DNA of 64,000 nucleotides from Escherichia coli (GTDB lineage Bacteria; Pseudomonadota; Gammaproteobacteria; Enterobacterales; Enterobacteriaceae): NCBI RefSeq assembly GCF_024298765.1, contig NZ_CP101210.1; one strand, 5' to 3'. Shown piece by piece: positions 45,954 to 59,512 of this stretch (position 1 is its first letter; each line of letters starts with the position of its first letter). The notes under the pieces were generated by a model. It saw only the letters and a program-made list of their open reading frames with translations, ran no database searches and was not told where the DNA came from. The position numbers and the translations under genes were made by a program.

Positions 45954-47252
45954 TTACAAACTGCACGCCGGTATGCGTGCTTCATTCACGATTTGCGTAA
46001 AACCGGCCAACGAACACATGCCCTGCGCATTTCGCTCTTCACATCCTGCCAGGGTCAGTTTCACCTCTCCGGGCGGCGTATTTAATGACAGCGGCGTTTT
46101 ATCACGCATCTGCTGTAAAGTCTGGAAGACCAGCGAAACCTGAATCCACTGGCTGTTATCGCTTAGCCGACGCCAGCGTTCAAACACCAGTTCACCCCCT
46201 GGCGGCGTGTTATCCGGCTGAGCTGGAAGCGTCCAGTTGAGCTCCAGTGCGCCGCCGAGATTTGCCAGATTAGTATCGTGTCCGGCGATAAACAGCACTG
46301 AAGTGGGTAATGTCACACCATACGCCTGTTTTTGCGGTGGATGGGGCGTCAACGCTGTCTTGATCAAATCTAATAACGGGGTGGCGCGGCTGCGGGCAAC
46401 CTCTGGCGTGCGTTGTAGCAAATAAAATTGCGCGTTATGCAAACTTAGCAAGGTGTTCCACTGGTGTGAATCGGTGATCCTTCCCCACCCCGGCTCCGGC
46501 ATTCCCTGTGCCTGTTGCAGGAGAAATATCTCCGTCAGCATTGATGCGAGGCTTACCGCACCGGTTAATGAGACATTGTCGGCGCTCACCTTGAGTTCCG
46601 ATGGTAATGCCTGCGTTAATGAACAACTTTTGTCCTGTTTCTCACGGTTAAGGCACAAGTTTGATTGTGGGAAATTAAGCACCTGTTCCAGTTCGCGAAA
46701 CGCCGTTTGCCGATGCCCGGTAAAGTCAGCAATTGACCCTCCTGCCCTGCTGAGGATCGCGTCAGTCACGTTCGCATTATCCAGTTGGCAAACGCCAGTT
46801 TTTAGGGGATTAAATAACGGATCGGGACTGGACGTATCTGCCTGGGTATGTACGGTTATTGCACAGTCAGGTGCCAGCCCGGCGGCGAAGGCTTCGCCTG
46901 TTTTACGGGTACGCTCGTCGACATCAGCAATAATCGCGACCTGACCAGGCTGCGGGCAGCCCTTTTTCGCCAGCAATCCGTCAGCCACCAGACGCTGGCG
47001 TTGGTAATGTCCAAGATAAGCGATTAGCTCACCACCGCGCGGTGTCAGCCAACCCAGTTTTACCGGCCAGGTTGGCCATGCGTCTGGGGTGACATCCTGC
47101 ATCAGTTGCGTGGCCTTGGTTGGAGCACGCACACCATGACGACTGACAATCACCACACTTTCCAGCTTCAGCTCCGGCTCACTCTGAGCGAATGCAGATT
47201 GCGGGGTTAACGGAATCAGAAGAGATAAAAATGGGATTAAGATCGCTTTCAT
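45954..47252 (-). CDS. appA: AppA, periplasmic phytase / acid phosphatase (histidine acid phosphatase family)
   Basis: 432-aa product MKAILIPFLSLLIPLTPQSAFAQSEPELKLESVVIVSRHGVRAP (RHGxRxP motif). Confidence 0.95.
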   Translation of the reverse strand: MKAILIPFLSLLIPLTPQSAFAQSEPELKLESVVIVSRHGVRAPTKATQLMQDVTPDAWPTWPVKLGWLTPRGGELIAYLGHYQRQRLVADGLLAKKGCPQPGQVAIIADVDERTRKTGEAFAAGLAPDCAITVHTQADTSSPDPLFNPLKTGVCQLDNANVTDAILSRAGGSIADFTGHRQTAFRELEQVLNFPQSNLCLNREKQDKSCSLTQALPSELKVSADNVSLTGAVSLASMLTEIFLLQQAQGMPEPGWGRITDSHQWNTLLSLHNAQFYLLQRTPEVARSRATPLLDLIKTALTPHPPQKQAYGVTLPTSVLFIAGHDTNLANLGGALELNWTLPAQPDNTPPGGELVFERWRRLSDNSQWIQVSLVFQTLQQMRDKTPLSLNTPPGEVKLTLAGCEERNAQGMCSLAGFTQIVNEARIPACSL

Positions 47253-47331
47253 CGATATGTTTCCGCTTTTCATATCTGACATTATTGATTGCCTGATGAG
47301 ATGCTAATGCGCCACATCAGGCTTACGTTCG

Positions 47332-47424
47332 TTAACTTTTCAGACGCGGGTCCAGCCATACCAACACAAGGGTGGAGAGCGAACACATCAACAAAATGCC
47401 GACGAACCAAAGTAAATACCACAT
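47332..47424 (-). CDS. appX: AppX (YccB), 30-aa small membrane protein of cytochrome bd-II (CydX paralogue)
   Basis: Minus-strand translation MWYLLWFVGILLMCSLSTLVLVWLDPRLKS between appB and appA; below the ORF-track size cut-off. Confidence 0.8.
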   Translation of the reverse strand: MWYLLWFVGILLMCSLSTLVLVWLDPRLKS

Positions 47425-47436
47425 TGTTCCTGCTCC

Positions 47437-48573
47437 TTAGTACAGCTCGTTTTCGTTACGGCGGAGAGTTTCTGTCGTCATGCGCCCCCACATTTTGTAG
47501 TAGCTCCAGAGAGTGTAGAGCAACACAATGGGCAAAAATATCAGCACGATTACCAACATAATGCTCAGCGTCAGCTGACTGGAAGTGCTGTCCCACAACG
47601 TCAGGCTGGAGATCGGACTCACGCTTGACGGCATGACAAAGGGGAACAGCGTGATGCCTGCCGTGAAAATCACGCCAAATTGCATCAATGACGCCATCAA
47701 AAATCCCCAACCCGGGCGACCACGATAAATCGCCATCACCGTCAGCAATGGGCAGAAGAACCCCAGCAGCGGGAAGATCCACAAAACGGGCGATTCGACG
47801 AAATTATTCATCCAGGCACCAGGTAGCACTGCCACCAGTTTCATTAGCGGATTGGAAGGACCGTTAGCATCCTGGGCGAGCAGTACAAAGCCATCAATAC
47901 CAACCCACAGCCAGTAACCCGCCAGCAAAAAGCACAGCATCACCAGTAGTGCGGCGCGTTTGGTCGCCAGCTGTGAACGCAGATGAATCACACCAACAGT
48001 TTTCAGTTGTAACCAGACGCCACCTTGCAAAATCACCATCCCAAGACTGAGCAATCCACACAATAAAGGGAATGGCGTCAGCAGTTGCCAGAAGCTGCCG
48101 AGATATTCCACGCGTAATTGCGGTGTGAAAGCAAACGGCACGCCGAGCAGCAAGTTGCCGAAGGCAATACCGAAGACTACCGGCGGCACCAGACTGCCGA
48201 TGACCAGTCCGGCATCCCACATTTTACGCCAGCGTGCATCGGCGATTTTTCCGCGATAATCAAAGGCCAGCGGGCGGAAGAACAGCGAGCACAGCACCAG
48301 AATCATCGCCACATAAAAGCCGGAAAACGCCGCTGCATACACTCTGGGCCAGGCGGCAAATAATGCCCCACCTGCGAGGATCAACCAGACCTGATTGCCT
48401 TCCCAGTGCGCGCCAACGCTGTTTATCACTATCCGACGTTCATCATCATTACGCGCCACCAGCGGCAGCAAACAGCCAATCCCCATGTCAAATCCGTCGG
48501 AGATCATAAAGACCACCAGGATCACGCCAATCAGCAGCCACCAGATGAAGCGCAATGTTTCATAATCAAACAT
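47437..48573 (-). CDS. appB: AppB (CbdB), cytochrome bd-II oxidase subunit II
   Basis: 378-aa [41 protein letters not shown]... Confidence 0.95.
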
Positions 48574-48584
48574 GATTTTCTCCT

Positions 48585-50129
48585 TTACCCCTGTTGCTGC
48601 GTCGGTTGTTCACTCTGCATCGCGCTCGGCCCCAGACGGGCATATTTCTGCATCAGGTAGACTTCGGCGATTAAGAACAGGGTGTAAAGCCCTACGATCA
48701 TGATCAGTGAGAAAGCCAGTTGTCCTGTGGTTAAGGCGGAGTGCGCGGAGTATGTCGGTAAGATGTCCTGTATCGCCCACGGCTGACGACCAAACTCGGT
48801 CATAAACCACCCGGCTTCAATCGCAATCCACGGCAGCGGCAAACTCCAGAGCGCCATTTTCAGCACCCAGCGATGCTGGTCAATTTTGCCACGCAGCGTC
48901 TGGACAAGCGCAATCAGCATCACCAGTAGCAGCAGAGAACCACAGCCCACCATGATGCGGAAACTCCAGAATACCGGCGCAACCTGAGGTATCGCGCCAC
49001 GCATCGCCGCCTGGTACTGTGCAGCTGTGACATGGTTCATATCCGGCGCATAGCGGGAGAGCAACATGCCGTAACCAAGGTCGCCTTCCAGCTCCCGAAA
49101 TGCCTGCAACACATGCGGCTCACGATTGCCTTGCGATATTTCCTGCATTAACAGCCAGGCCATACGTCCGCGTTGCAAGCGTGGGTAGGTTTCAGCCATC
49201 AAATTCTTCAGACCCGGCACGGGTTTATCTAATGAGTGAGTGGCGAGGATCCCTAGCAGCGCGGGAATTTTGATAGCAAAGGCGTTACGCTCTTGATCCT
49301 GTTCCGGCCAGGCAACCACATGGAACGGTGCAGGTGCAGGTTCCGTTTGCCACTCCCCTTCCATCGCCGCCAGTTTTACCGGTTGTACTTGCGCGACTTC
49401 ATACGCAGAACTGTCTCCGAGTTGCAGCGTGCCGATAATCGCCAGAGTACCGAAGACGGAACCGATGGCAAACGAGCGTAATGCAACATCGCGCTCCCGT
49501 CCGCGCAGTAAATACCAGGCGCTGATCGCCATAATAAACATGGCCCCGGTCACGTAGCCCGCCATTACGGTGTGCACAAATTTCACCTGGCTGACCGGGT
49601 TAAAGACCAACTCGCTGAAACTGGTCATCTCCATACGCAGGGTGTCGATATCAAAATGCGCACCGGTCGGGTATTGCATCCAACCGTTGGCATTCAATAT
49701 CCACAATGCAGAGAGATTTGAACCGAACGCCACCAGCCACGTCACCAGCAGGTGCTGGTATTTATTCAGCCGCTGCCAGCCGAAGAAGAACAGCCCGACA
49801 AAGGTGGATTCGAGGAAGAAGGCCATTAATGCTTCCATCGCCAGCGGTGCGCCAAAAATATCGCCCACATAGTTGGAATAGAATGACCAGTTAGTACCAA
49901 ACTGAAACTCCATGGTCAGGCCGGTAGCCACGCCAAGAGCAAAGTTGATACCGAAGAGCTTACCCCAGAAGCGCGTCATATCGCGGTAGATTGTTTTGCC
50001 GGTGACCACGTAAATGGTTTCCATGATAGCCAGCAAAAAAATCAGCCCCAGGGTAAGGGGTACAAATAAAAAGTGATACAGCGCGGTCAGAGCAAACTGC
50101 CAGCGCGATAAATCAATGACATCCCACAT
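48585..50129 (-). CDS. appC: AppC (CbdA), cytochrome bd-II oxidase subunit I
   Basis: 514-aa product [41 protein letters not shown]... Confidence 0.95.
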
Positions 50130-50262
50130 GCGCACTCCTGTAGGCGAAGAGAGAAAAATAACCCGTTAATGGTAGATCTCCCTCTTTATCCTGAAACTCT
50201 ACGACCAGAGGTATTCGCCGATTGCGATATTCATAAGCCTGAAAGCGATACTTACCGTCTTT

Positions 50263-51120
50263 TTACGAAGGTGCCCCTTCCGCCAGCCACTGACATACCT
50301 CGCTAAGCCGCTGCGCTGAGTCGACCAAATCTTCTGGCGCTGCCAGCACCACTTCCGGTATTGGGCAGATTTCATAACTTTCCAGTAACGGGCCTTTTAA
50401 GGTGTCCGTGCAACGTAAATGCCAGACATGGCGTAACCCCGTGGCGTTGATATAGCTCTCGCCATAGCCAATGGTGCGAATCTGAATATTTCCCGGCCCA
50501 CAGAGACGTGAGAGAAAAAGCCGATCAGCCTCGCTGATGGGTAATTGCGTCAGATTAATGCTGTGCGGCTGCGCGTCGGGGTTACGTACATGCGCCAGTA
50601 ACTCATGCGCCAACGGTAGGCCATTCATCAGGCCATCAATGGGCGGCGGTAACAGCGAATCTGTCGGCAAGACGTTTTGCGTTGCCGCCTGCCACAATGC
50701 CAGCGGCGCGCAGCCAGCCTCCAGTTTGTCCTCCAGCAACTTGTCGCCGCGACGTCTGCGCACCCGCCATAATCCGCAGAAGATCGCCTCCTGTATTTCA
50801 CTTTCACTACCATCAGCCTGCTGAATGCGCACTGACACTTCCCCTTCCCCGAGAAGCGTATTGATAAAGTGACGATCGTCGGCGTTGAGATTTAACAGAT
50901 CGACTGCCAGCACCTCGCCCAACGGTGGCTGGCGTTCGCTTAGTTGTTGTTGTAACTCGTTTAACAGCGCAATCACCTGCGGGCTGTGAGCACATTGCTC
51001 CAGGGCCGCCATACTCGGTTCATCATTCACCTGACAGGTGATCGGCAGTGGATTCATGCTGAAACTGTCATCGTTCGGTTGCGTTCCTGGCCCCAACAGA
51101 TGGAAAAAAGTTTCGCTCAT
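50263..51120 (-). CDS. hyaF: HyaF, hydrogenase-1 maturation protein
   Basis: 285-aa product [30 protein letters not shown]...; ORF track extends 20 codons upstream. Confidence 0.9.
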   Translation of the reverse strand: MSETFFHLLGPGTQPNDDSFSMNPLPITCQVNDEPSMAALEQCAHSPQVIALLNELQQQLSERQPPLGEVLAVDLLNLNADDRHFINTLLGEGEVSVRIQQADGSESEIQEAIFCGLWRVRRRRGDKLLEDKLEAGCAPLALWQAATQNVLPTDSLLPPPIDGLMNGLPLAHELLAHVRNPDAQPHSINLTQLPISEADRLFLSRLCGPGNIQIRTIGYGESYINATGLRHVWHLRCTDTLKGPLLESYEICPIPEVVLAAPEDLVDSAQRLSEVCQWLAEGAPS

Positions 51121-51515
51121 GAGGCACGCTCCTGTTGTGGTTCGACAAGCCCACGCATCAGGTTTATCAGTTCCGCCCACGGGTGAATACCATTCAGCAC
51201 GCCGCGATAGCTACCACCGGTAAACACCAGTGTGGCGGGAAAACGAAATACGCCAAAACGATCACCGATGGCTTCGCTCTGCTCAAGATCAGCAATCGCT
51301 ACCTGCCATGTATAGTCGGGAAACTCGCGCAGTAATTCGCCAATCATTACCGGGTTATCGCTGACTTCTGGCGTGCGTTTCGGGTCACTACTTAATAACA
51401 CCACGCCGTCTGGCGCTTGCGTAAGCCAGTCGTCAAGACGGCATTCACTGACCGGCGTCCAGCCGCGCGCCAGCATTCGTTGCCACAACGCATTAAATGG
51501 TGTGTCGTTGCTCAT
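51117..51515 (-). CDS. hyaE: HyaE, hydrogenase-1 chaperone (thioredoxin-like)
   Basis: 132-aa [56 protein letters not shown]... Confidence 0.92.
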   Translation of the reverse strand: MSNDTPFNALWQRMLARGWTPVSECRLDDWLTQAPDGVVLLSSDPKRTPEVSDNPVMIGELLREFPDYTWQVAIADLEQSEAIGDRFGVFRFPATLVFTGGSYRGVLNGIHPWAELINLMRGLVEPQQERAS

Positions 51516-52099
51516 CCCTGTTCCTCCAGCCTCATCCTGTACTGACGCAAGCGAACGCCTTCGTAATTTTCCATCGACAGACAGTCATAATTGAGACAGC
51601 GCGATTCATTAGCCGGTTGCGGCACAATTCCCCACGCAGCCAGCTGCGCCAGCGCCGCCTGTTCCGCAGCGGGCAGTTGCTCCCGCGCCAGTTCGCTCAG
51701 GCTGCCGCCGTAGTCGTCGAGCATTGCGGGTTGCAGACCGACGAGGGCAATATGTGCTGGCAGATGTCCGCGGATATCTGCCAGCGCCAGCACTTCGGAG
51801 AAACTGTTCTGATGCAGGCTCATTTTCTTCGCGCTGAGATAAGCCGGAATGCGTTCTCCGGCATATGTTCGCAGCGTTCCAGGTTCCAGCCCGTAGTCAA
51901 TGGCATCGAGAATCAACAGATGACTGGCGCTTTCGACATACCCCAGCAAGTTCAGTCCCTGAGTACCGCCATCGACAATCTCCACATACTCGGGCCAGTG
52001 GTAATGGGCATACAACCGTTCCGCCACCCGCACGCCGAAGCCTTCATCGGCCCACAGCAGGTTGCCCAGCCCCATTACCACCACGAGTTGCTCGCTCAT
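51512..52099 (-). CDS. hyaD: HyaD, hydrogenase-1 large-subunit maturation endopeptidase
   Basis: 195-aa [51 protein letters not shown]... Confidence 0.93.
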   Translation of the reverse strand: MSEQLVVVMGLGNLLWADEGFGVRVAERLYAHYHWPEYVEIVDGGTQGLNLLGYVESASHLLILDAIDYGLEPGTLRTYAGERIPAYLSAKKMSLHQNSFSEVLALADIRGHLPAHIALVGLQPAMLDDYGGSLSELAREQLPAAEQAALAQLAAWGIVPQPANESRCLNYDCLSMENYEGVRLRQYRMRLEEQG

Positions 52100-52803
52100 G
52101 AACGCTCCTTGTTACTTATTTTGCCAAATTTGTGGCTACGGTAGCCGTTGACCATGGTGGAGATCACCGTGTCGTCGGACATGATGTCTTCACGCAGCGC
52201 CATGTAGACATGGCCGATCACAAATGCGCCAATCAGCCACATCCCCAGCCGATGCCAGCTGTGAATGTCCATTGAGTTGCCGCCCGTCCAGTAGAAAAAT
52301 TCCACCACATAACGGAACGGCGCAAAAATAGCGTACTGGCTGTGTTCGCTGTATAGCGCAAAGCCGGTGATGATCATAAAAACTGACATCAGGAAATAGC
52401 CGAACATCGCCGCCTGGGCGATGGGGTTATGGCCAATATCGGCACTCGGACGTTTTGCCAGAAACAGATACCAGCGGACTTCATACCACACGCCCTGCCA
52501 CCAGCTTTTACGCCATACTGGCACGATGAAAAGCTCGCGTGAGTAGCGATTGCCGACAAAAGCCCAGTAGATCCGCATCAGCAAGACCACGGTAAAAATC
52601 ATCCCGGCGCTGAAGTGAATCAACCTGATATAGCCCATGTAAAACAGATACGTCGCCTCGCCGCTGACGGAAGGTAGCGGCTTGCCGATAAAGTATCCGG
52701 TGACCATCAACACCGCCATGCATAACACCGTCAGCCAGTGCCAGATACGCACTGGCGCTTCAAAGACATAGTGGCTGACAACGTTGTCGCTTTTCTGTTG
52801 CAT
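52096..52803 (-). CDS. hyaC: HyaC, hydrogenase-1 b-type cytochrome subunit
   Basis: 235-aa [47 protein letters not shown]... Confidence 0.94.
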   Translation of the reverse strand: MQQKSDNVVSHYVFEAPVRIWHWLTVLCMAVLMVTGYFIGKPLPSVSGEATYLFYMGYIRLIHFSAGMIFTVVLLMRIYWAFVGNRYSRELFIVPVWRKSWWQGVWYEVRWYLFLAKRPSADIGHNPIAQAAMFGYFLMSVFMIITGFALYSEHSQYAIFAPFRYVVEFFYWTGGNSMDIHSWHRLGMWLIGAFVIGHVYMALREDIMSDDTVISTMVNGYRSHKFGKISNKERS

Positions 52804-52821
52804 GATGATTCTCCTTCGCTG

Positions 52822-54615
52822 TTAACGCACCTGCACGGAGATAAGCTCGCTACCGTCGTCGCCCAGCACGTGTGTTGAACAGGCGAGGCACGGATCAAAG
52901 CTGTGCAGAGTACGCAGGATCTCCAGCGGTTGCTCGGGGATCGCCATTTTGGTGTTCATCAGCGCCGCTTCATAAGCGCCAATTTGCCCTTTAGGATCGC
53001 GCGGGCTGGCGTTCCAGGTGGTCGGCACCACGCACTGGTAGAGATCAATCTTGCCATCGCGAATGGCGGCCCAGTGGCCTAACGCTCCGCGCGGCGCTTC
53101 GGTAAAGCCGACACCACGGCACTCTGTCGGCCAGGTTGCTGGTTCCCACTTCTCAGTGGAGGCGGTGGCGAGATTGCCGTTTTTGAGATTGGTCATCAGC
53201 TTGTCGAAGAAATATTGCAACTTGCCTGCGGCCCACTGCGCTTCGTGCGCGCGACACAAAATGCGGCCTAACGTTGACTGGATGCCGGAAAGCGGCAGGT
53301 TCAACGCCGACATCATGCGATCGACCGACTCAACGGTCGCAGCATCGCCTTTGTGATAAGCGATTAACGTGCGTGCCAGCGGCCCCACTTCCATCGCATT
53401 ACCGCGCCAACGTGGCGCTTTGATCCACGAGTAGCGTTCCTGTTCATTCAGCTGCTGAATGTTGGTATCGCTGCCTTTGACATCGCCGGGGTTGTACCAC
53501 GGGTCGGTAATGCCATCGAACGGATGACGCCCAACCTGATCGTTGGGATAACGATACCAGGCATGGTCAACAAACTCCTGCACCTGCTGCGGATCAACTA
53601 AATCCACTGGCAGCACATTTTTGAAGTCGCCGTTAATCACCGCGCCGCCAGGCATCAGCAGACTTTTCTCGCCAAAGTCGTTGGCAATATCCGGGAATGC
53701 GCCGTAGCTGAGAACGCATTTATCCGAAAGGCCAGTGCCGATTTCGCTCCACGGCTTGTTGAACTGACCGATGGCTAAGGCGTCGGGGATCATCACGTTG
53801 TTAATGAAATCCGCCGTACGGGTAATGATTGACTGCACCAGGTTCAGGCGTTCCATATTGACCGCCCCGACCGCGCCGCTTTCGTCAATGTTAATGGCAC
53901 AAGGCATCCCGCCGACAATCCAGTTTGGATGCGGGTTTTTACCGCCAAAGACCGCGTGGATTTTGACAATTTCACGTTGGAAATCGAGAGCTTCAAGATA
54001 GTGGGCAAAGCCCATCAGGTTGGCTTCTGGCGGCAGTTTGTACTGCGGGTGCCCCCAGTAGCCATTGCGGAAGATCCCCAACTGCCCACCTTCAACGAAT
54101 TTCTTCAGGCGGTTTTGTACGTCGAAGAAATAGCCAGGGGATGATTTCGGCCAAGAGGAGAGACTTTGCGCCAGTTCGGAGGTTTTCCGCGGATCGGCTT
54201 TCAGCGCATCTAACACATCGATCCAGTCCATCCCGGCAAGCTGATAGAAGTGCACCAGATGATCGTGGCACCAGAGCGTTGCCAGCATAATGTTGCGGAT
54301 GATATTAGCGTTGTCCGGCACTTTAATACCGATGGCATCTTCGATGGCGTAAACCGAAGCCAGAGCGTGTACGCCAGTACAGACGCCGCAGATACGTTCA
54401 ACGAACGCCCACGCATCGCGCGGGTCGCGCCCTTGCAGGATGATCTCCAGCCCGCGAAACATGGTGCCGCAGGAGACGGCATTGGTGATCACATTCTGAT
54501 CGTTAATATTCACTTCGCAGCGCATGTGGCCTTCAATGCGCGTAATCGGGTCGACCACCAGGCGGCGTCCGGCATTATTGATGGTGTATCCCTGAGTTTC
54601 GTACTGAGTGCTCAT
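52822..54615 (-). CDS. hyaB: HyaB, [NiFe] hydrogenase-1 large subunit
   Basis: 597-aa [39 protein letters not shown]... with N-terminal RICGVC and C-terminal DPCLACSTH nickel-binding motifs. Confidence 0.96.
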   Translation of the reverse strand: MSTQYETQGYTINNAGRRLVVDPITRIEGHMRCEVNINDQNVITNAVSCGTMFRGLEIILQGRDPRDAWAFVERICGVCTGVHALASVYAIEDAIGIKVPDNANIIRNIMLATLWCHDHLVHFYQLAGMDWIDVLDALKADPRKTSELAQSLSSWPKSSPGYFFDVQNRLKKFVEGGQLGIFRNGYWGHPQYKLPPEANLMGFAHYLEALDFQREIVKIHAVFGGKNPHPNWIVGGMPCAINIDESGAVGAVNMERLNLVQSIITRTADFINNVMIPDALAIGQFNKPWSEIGTGLSDKCVLSYGAFPDIANDFGEKSLLMPGGAVINGDFKNVLPVDLVDPQQVQEFVDHAWYRYPNDQVGRHPFDGITDPWYNPGDVKGSDTNIQQLNEQERYSWIKAPRWRGNAMEVGPLARTLIAYHKGDAATVESVDRMMSALNLPLSGIQSTLGRILCRAHEAQWAAGKLQYFFDKLMTNLKNGNLATASTEKWEPATWPTECRGVGFTEAPRGALGHWAAIRDGKIDLYQCVVPTTWNASPRDPKGQIGAYEAALMNTKMAIPEQPLEILRTLHSFDPCLACSTHVLGDDGSELISVQVR

Positions 54616-55730
54616 GCCTGTTTATCCTCATTGCCTGGCTGATGTTCGGTTTCTGTAGGTTGCTGGTTATGGCGTCTGCGCTGGTCAACGGCGCTGGCGA
54701 CTGCGTGCACACCAACAGCCGCTGCCACCACGCCAAGTGCGGTTAAACCGACGGTATCGGCGGTGGAATGGGTACCCATTTGCGGAATATCGACCACGCG
54801 GCTGTAGAACGAACCGCGATCCCAGAAACCATTTTCCGCACAACCCAGGCAGCCGTGACCTGACTGGATCGGGAAGGAAACGCCATCGTTCCAGCGTGTG
54901 GAGGAACAGGCGTTATAGGTGGTAGGCCCTTTGCAGCCCATTTTGTACAGGCAGTAACCTTTGCGGGCAGCGTCATCATCCCAACTCTGGACGAACTCTC
55001 CGGCGTCGAAGTGAGCGCGGCGATAGCATTTATCGTGGATACGCTGACCATAGAACATCAACGGACGGCCCATTCTGTCGACATCTGGCAGACGATCAAA
55101 GGTCACCATGTAAGTAATGATGGCGCTCATCACATCCGGGATCGGCGGGCAGCCAGGTACTTTGATAATAGGTTTGTCGGTGATGACTTTGTCGATAGGC
55201 GTTGCCTGCGTCGGATTGGGTCGCGCGGCCTGCACGCAGCCCCAGGACGCGCAGGTTCCCCAGGCGATAATCGCACTGGCTCCGGCAGCGGCACGTTTGA
55301 GTTTCTCAATAAACGGTCGTCCGCTGCTGATACAGAACATCCCCTGCTCGCCCAGCGGCGGATTACCTTCTACTGCGAGGATATATTTGCCATTGTATTG
55401 CGTGATGATGTCTTCAAAGACTTCTTCCGCCTGGGTTCCGGCGGCAGCCATCAAAGTATCGTCATAATCGAGGGAAATCAGGGAAAGGATGACGTCCTTC
55501 GCCAGTGGGTGAGCGGAGCGGATAAAAGATTCGGTACAGCAGGTGCATTCCAGACCGTGGATCCATACCACCGGAATGCGCGGTTTGTTCTCCAGCGCCC
55601 AGGCAATCTTTGGTGCCATTCCCGCGCCTAATCCCAGCGACGTGGCAGCCAGACTACAATATTTGAGAAAGCTGCGCCGGGTAACGCCCTGACGCCGCAT
55701 GGCCTGGTAAAATGTTTCCTCGTTATTCAT
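54612..55730 (-). CDS. hyaA: HyaA, [NiFe] hydrogenase-1 small subunit (Tat signal)
   Basis: 372-aa product [37 protein letters not shown]...; stop overlaps the hyaB start. Confidence 0.95.
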   Translation of the reverse strand: MNNEETFYQAMRRQGVTRRSFLKYCSLAATSLGLGAGMAPKIAWALENKPRIPVVWIHGLECTCCTESFIRSAHPLAKDVILSLISLDYDDTLMAAAGTQAEEVFEDIITQYNGKYILAVEGNPPLGEQGMFCISSGRPFIEKLKRAAAGASAIIAWGTCASWGCVQAARPNPTQATPIDKVITDKPIIKVPGCPPIPDVMSAIITYMVTFDRLPDVDRMGRPLMFYGQRIHDKCYRRAHFDAGEFVQSWDDDAARKGYCLYKMGCKGPTTYNACSSTRWNDGVSFPIQSGHGCLGCAENGFWDRGSFYSRVVDIPQMGTHSTADTVGLTALGVVAAAVGVHAVASAVDQRRRHNQQPTETEHQPGNEDKQA

Positions 55731-56156
55731 ATCGCACGTCTCTTCTCCTTGCGACACCGGCAGGACACCGGGCGCTTATGGTCGGCAAGCGACGTCCCTG
55801 TAGCAAGGCAAACCATCGCTTCACGTGAGATGCTGAAAACGAAAGCTCATCCTTCTGCACTGGCGCACGTCGCCAGAAAGTAATGTTAATAAAGCGTAGT
55901 GAAACTTTTGCACAAAACAATACAAACTGTGTGGATTTATCTTTTAGCGATAAAAATGGACCTATTTTTCTTTTTGCCGGGCAGTGGGGATGTTTAGCCG
56001 GTTGCTAAACGAGTAAAAGAGAAGGAATTCATGGTGATGAAATGAGCAATCTGCTGTTATTTCACGCTAACAATGCACTTTTGGCTGTTTTTCAGGCAAA
56101 CAAACAAATTAGGGGTTTACACGCCGCATCGGGATGTTTATAGTGCGCGTCATTCC

Positions 56157-56244
56157 GGAAGTGTGGCCGAGCGGTTGAAGGCACCGGTCTTGAAAACCGG
56201 CGACCCGAAAGGGTTCCAGAGTTCGAATCTCTGCGCTTCCGCCA
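56157..56244 (+). tRNA. serT: tRNA-Ser (UGA anticodon), 88 nt with encoded CCA
   Basis: GGAAGTGTGGCCGAGCGGTTGAAGGCACCGGTCTTGAAAACCGGCGACCCGAAAGGGTTCCAGAGTTCGAATCTCTGCGCTTCCGCCA; acceptor stem GGAAGTG/CGCTTCC. Confidence 0.92.
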
Positions 56245-56253
56245 AATAAGATA

Positions 56254-56286
56254 AGGGGTTAGCTAAATGCTAACCCCTTTTTCTTT
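56254..56286 (+). terminator. Rho-independent terminator after serT
   Basis: AGGGGTTAGC-TAAAT-GCTAACCCCT hairpin followed by TTTTTCTTTT. Confidence 0.8.
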
Positions 56287-56450
56287 TGTCTGTCGAAATT
56301 CTCAGAGCGTTATATTTGCTTAATGACCTGATAATCCGCTGTTAAACCTGTTCCAGATCAAATGCGTAAAGATGGGTAAAACTTCTGGGTGCCCTTACGC
56401 ATTATCATTATGCTGCTTAATTAATTACATCTGTCATAGAGAGTGACTCA

Positions 56451-57110
56451 ATGGATCGTATTGTTAGTTCTTCACATGACCGTACATCACTGCTTAGCAC
56501 CCATAAGGTGCTGCGTAATACCTATTTTCTGCTGAGCCTGACGCTGGCCTTTTCGGCGATTACCGCAACTGCCAGTACGGTGCTGATGCTGCCATCTCCG
56601 GGTCTGATTCTGACGCTGGTGGGTATGTATGGTTTGATGTTCCTGACCTATAAAACGGCGAATAAGCCGACCGGGATTATCTCCGCATTCGCCTTTACCG
56701 GTTTTCTGGGATATATCCTCGGACCAATTCTGAACACCTACCTGTCTGCCGGAATGGGTGACGTAATCGCTATGGCACTGGGCGGAACGGCGTTAGTGTT
56801 CTTCTGCTGCTCTGCGTATGTGCTGACCACCCGCAAAGATATGTCGTTCCTTGGCGGTATGCTGATGGCGGGTATTGTGGTGGTGCTGATTGGTATGGTT
56901 GCTAATATCTTCCTGCAACTGCCTGCTCTGCATCTGGCGATCAGCGCGGTCTTCATTCTGATCTCCTCTGGCGCTATTTTGTTTGAAACCAGCAACATCA
57001 TTCATGGCGGTGAAACGAACTATATTCGTGCCACGGTTAGCCTGTATGTTTCGCTGTACAACATCTTCGTCAGCCTGCTGAGCATTCTGGGCTTCGCCAG
57101 CCGCGATTAA
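56451..57110 (+). CDS. yccA: YccA, inner-membrane Bax-inhibitor-1 family protein (modulator of FtsH)
   Basis: 219-aa [44 protein letters not shown]... Confidence 0.95.
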   Translation: MDRIVSSSHDRTSLLSTHKVLRNTYFLLSLTLAFSAITATASTVLMLPSPGLILTLVGMYGLMFLTYKTANKPTGIISAFAFTGFLGYILGPILNTYLSAGMGDVIAMALGGTALVFFCCSAYVLTTRKDMSFLGGMLMAGIVVVLIGMVANIFLQLPALHLAISAVFILISSGAILFETSNIIHGGETNYIRATVSLYVSLYNIFVSLLSILGFASRD

Positions 57111-57201
57111 TCTCACCCGCTAACACTTTCATAGCCTCGCTTTATGCGGGGCTTTGTTTTTTGTTACACTGCCGCCAGTCTGATTAAGGTAGTAAAGAAT
57201 T

Positions 57202-57531
57202 ATGCTGATCTTCGAAGGTAAAGAGATAGAAACGGATACCGAAGGCTATCTCAAAGAAAGCAGCCAGTGGAGTGAGCCACTGGCGGTGGTGATTGCAGAG
57301 AACGAAGGGATTGCGCTGTCGCCAGAACACTGGGAAGTGGTGCGTTTTGTGCGTGATTTCTATCTGGAATTCAATACTTCTCCGGCGATTCGTATGCTGG
57401 TAAAAGCGATGGCGAATAAATTTGGCGAAGAGAAAGGCAATAGCCGCTATCTGTACCGACTGTTCCCGAAAGGTCCGGCAAAGCAAGCCACCAAAATTGC
57501 TGGCCTGCCTAAACCGGTAAAATGCATTTAA
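57202..57531 (+). CDS. tusE: TusE, sulfur relay protein (DsrC-like)
   Basis: 109-aa [60 protein letters not shown]... Confidence 0.94.
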   Translation: MLIFEGKEIETDTEGYLKESSQWSEPLAVVIAENEGIALSPEHWEVVRFVRDFYLEFNTSPAIRMLVKAMANKFGEEKGNSRYLYRLFPKGPAKQATKIAGLPKPVKCI

Positions 57532-57806
57532 CGGATACGAAAATCCGTTAACTCCCCGGAGGGATGATGCGGCTCGCTAAGCACCCGTTCCACACGCGCT
57601 GAACGCGGGCCGCCACTTTTTAACCACTGCATTAATTTTTCCACCTGCCCTTCTTCACCGCAGGCAACCACTTCCACGCTGCCATCGTCAAGATTTTTGG
57701 CGTAGCCGCTTAACCCGAGTTTTTTCGCTTCGTACTGCGTGGTATAGCGAAATCCTACGCCCTGAACTCGCCCGTAAACCCAGGCAATTATGCAGACTTT
57801 CGACAT
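57528..57806 (-). CDS. yccX: YccX, acylphosphatase
   Basis: 92-aa product [58 protein letters not shown]...; ORF track extends 71 codons upstream. Confidence 0.9.
   Translation of the reverse strand: MSKVCIIAWVYGRVQGVGFRYTTQYEAKKLGLSGYAKNLDDGSVEVVACGEEGQVEKLMQWLKSGGPRSARVERVLSEPHHPSGELTDFRIR
57530..57552. terminator. Bidirectional hairpin between convergent tusE and yccX
   Basis: AACGGAT-ACGAAA-ATCCGTT palindrome overlapping both stop codons. Confidence 0.5.
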
Positions 57807-57900
57807 TGCTGCTCTCCTTATCCTTAATGGACGCGTTGCAAATCCATGGAAAACTCCGGACAATGACGCCCATTTCTTTGCATCGACAGAAAAGTAAATT

Positions 57901-59091
57901 ATGAGTGTACGTTTAGTGTTAGCCAAAGGGCGCGAAAAATCATTACTTCGTCGCCATCCGTGGGTCTTTTCCGGGGCCGTTGCCCGCATGGAAGGTAAAG
58001 CCAGCCTCGGTGAAACCATCGATATTGTTGATCATCAGGGAAAATGGTTAGCACGCGGCGCTTATTCGCCAGCTTCGCAAATCCGGGCGCGCGTCTGGAC
58101 GTTTGACCCGAATGAATCTATCGACATTGCTTTTTTTACCCGCCGTTTACAGCAAGCACAAAAATGGCGTGACTGGCTGGCGCAAAAAGATGGCCTCGAC
58201 AGCTATCGTTTAATCGCCGGAGAATCTGATGGCCTGCCGGGTATTACTATCGATCGTTTCGGTAATTTTCTGGTGCTGCAACTGCTGAGTGCTGGCGCAG
58301 AGTATCAGCGCGCGGCATTAATTAGTGCCCTGCAAACGCTGTACCCGGAATGTGCTATTTACGATCGCAGCGACGTCGCGGTACGTAAAAAAGAAGGGAT
58401 GGAGCTGACTCAGGGCCCCATCACCGGCGAGTTGCCGCCTGCCCTGCTGCCGATTGAAGAACACGGCATGAAGCTGCTGGTGGATATTCAGCACGGACAC
58501 AAAACGGGCTACTACCTGGATCAGCGTGATAGCCGCCTGGCTACCCGCCGCTACGTTGAAAATAAACGCGTACTGAACTGTTTCTCCTATACCGGTGGTT
58601 TCGCCGTATCGGCACTGATGGGCGGTTGCAGCCAGGTTGTCAGCGTTGATACCTCCCAGGAAGCCCTGGATATTGCACGGCAGAACGTTGAGCTGAACAA
58701 ACTGGATCTGAGCAAGGCTGAGTTTGTCCGTGATGATGTCTTTAAATTGCTGCGTACTTATCGCGATCGCGGTGAAAAATTTGACGTTATCGTGATGGAC
58801 CCGCCGAAGTTTGTTGAGAATAAAAGCCAGTTGATGGGCGCGTGTCGTGGTTATAAAGACATCAACATGCTGGCGATTCAGCTGCTGAATGAAGGCGGTA
58901 TTCTCCTGACTTTCTCCTGTTCCGGTCTGATGACCAGCGATTTATTTCAGAAAATCATCGCGGATGCCGCAATTGATGCCGGTCGTGATGTACAATTTAT
59001 AGAGCAGTTCCGTCAGGCAGCCGATCATCCGGTGATCGCTACCTACCCGGAAGGGCTATATCTGAAAGGGTTTGCCTGTCGCGTCATGTAA
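57901..59091 (+). CDS. rlmI: RlmI, 23S rRNA m5C1962 methyltransferase
   Basis: 396-aa [60 protein letters not shown]... Confidence 0.95.
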   Translation: MSVRLVLAKGREKSLLRRHPWVFSGAVARMEGKASLGETIDIVDHQGKWLARGAYSPASQIRARVWTFDPNESIDIAFFTRRLQQAQKWRDWLAQKDGLDSYRLIAGESDGLPGITIDRFGNFLVLQLLSAGAEYQRAALISALQTLYPECAIYDRSDVAVRKKEGMELTQGPITGELPPALLPIEEHGMKLLVDIQHGHKTGYYLDQRDSRLATRRYVENKRVLNCFSYTGGFAVSALMGGCSQVVSVDTSQEALDIARQNVELNKLDLSKAEFVRDDVFKLLRTYRDRGEKFDVIVMDPPKFVENKSQLMGACRGYKDINMLAIQLLNEGGILLTFSCSGLMTSDLFQKIIADAAIDAGRDVQFIEQFRQAADHPVIATYPEGLYLKGFACRVM

Positions 59092-59466
<375 letters not shown>

Positions 59467-59476
59467 TCCCTGAACA

Positions 59477-59512
59477 AATCCCCGGAAGGTTTTTGCCTTC
59501 CGGGGATTTTTT
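59477..59512. terminator. Bidirectional terminator between convergent hspQ and yccU
   Basis: ATCCCCGGAAGG-TTTTTG-CCTTCCGGGGAT hairpin followed by TTTTTATTT. Confidence 0.75.

Noticed and set aside
50263-55757. N-terminal extensions of hyaF, hyaA, appA, appC, helD, yccX and yccU in the ORF track
   Set aside because: The track starts at the first in-frame ATG/GTG/TTG; the shorter starts match the remembered protein N-termini, signal peptides and operon overlaps, so the extensions are not treated as new domains.
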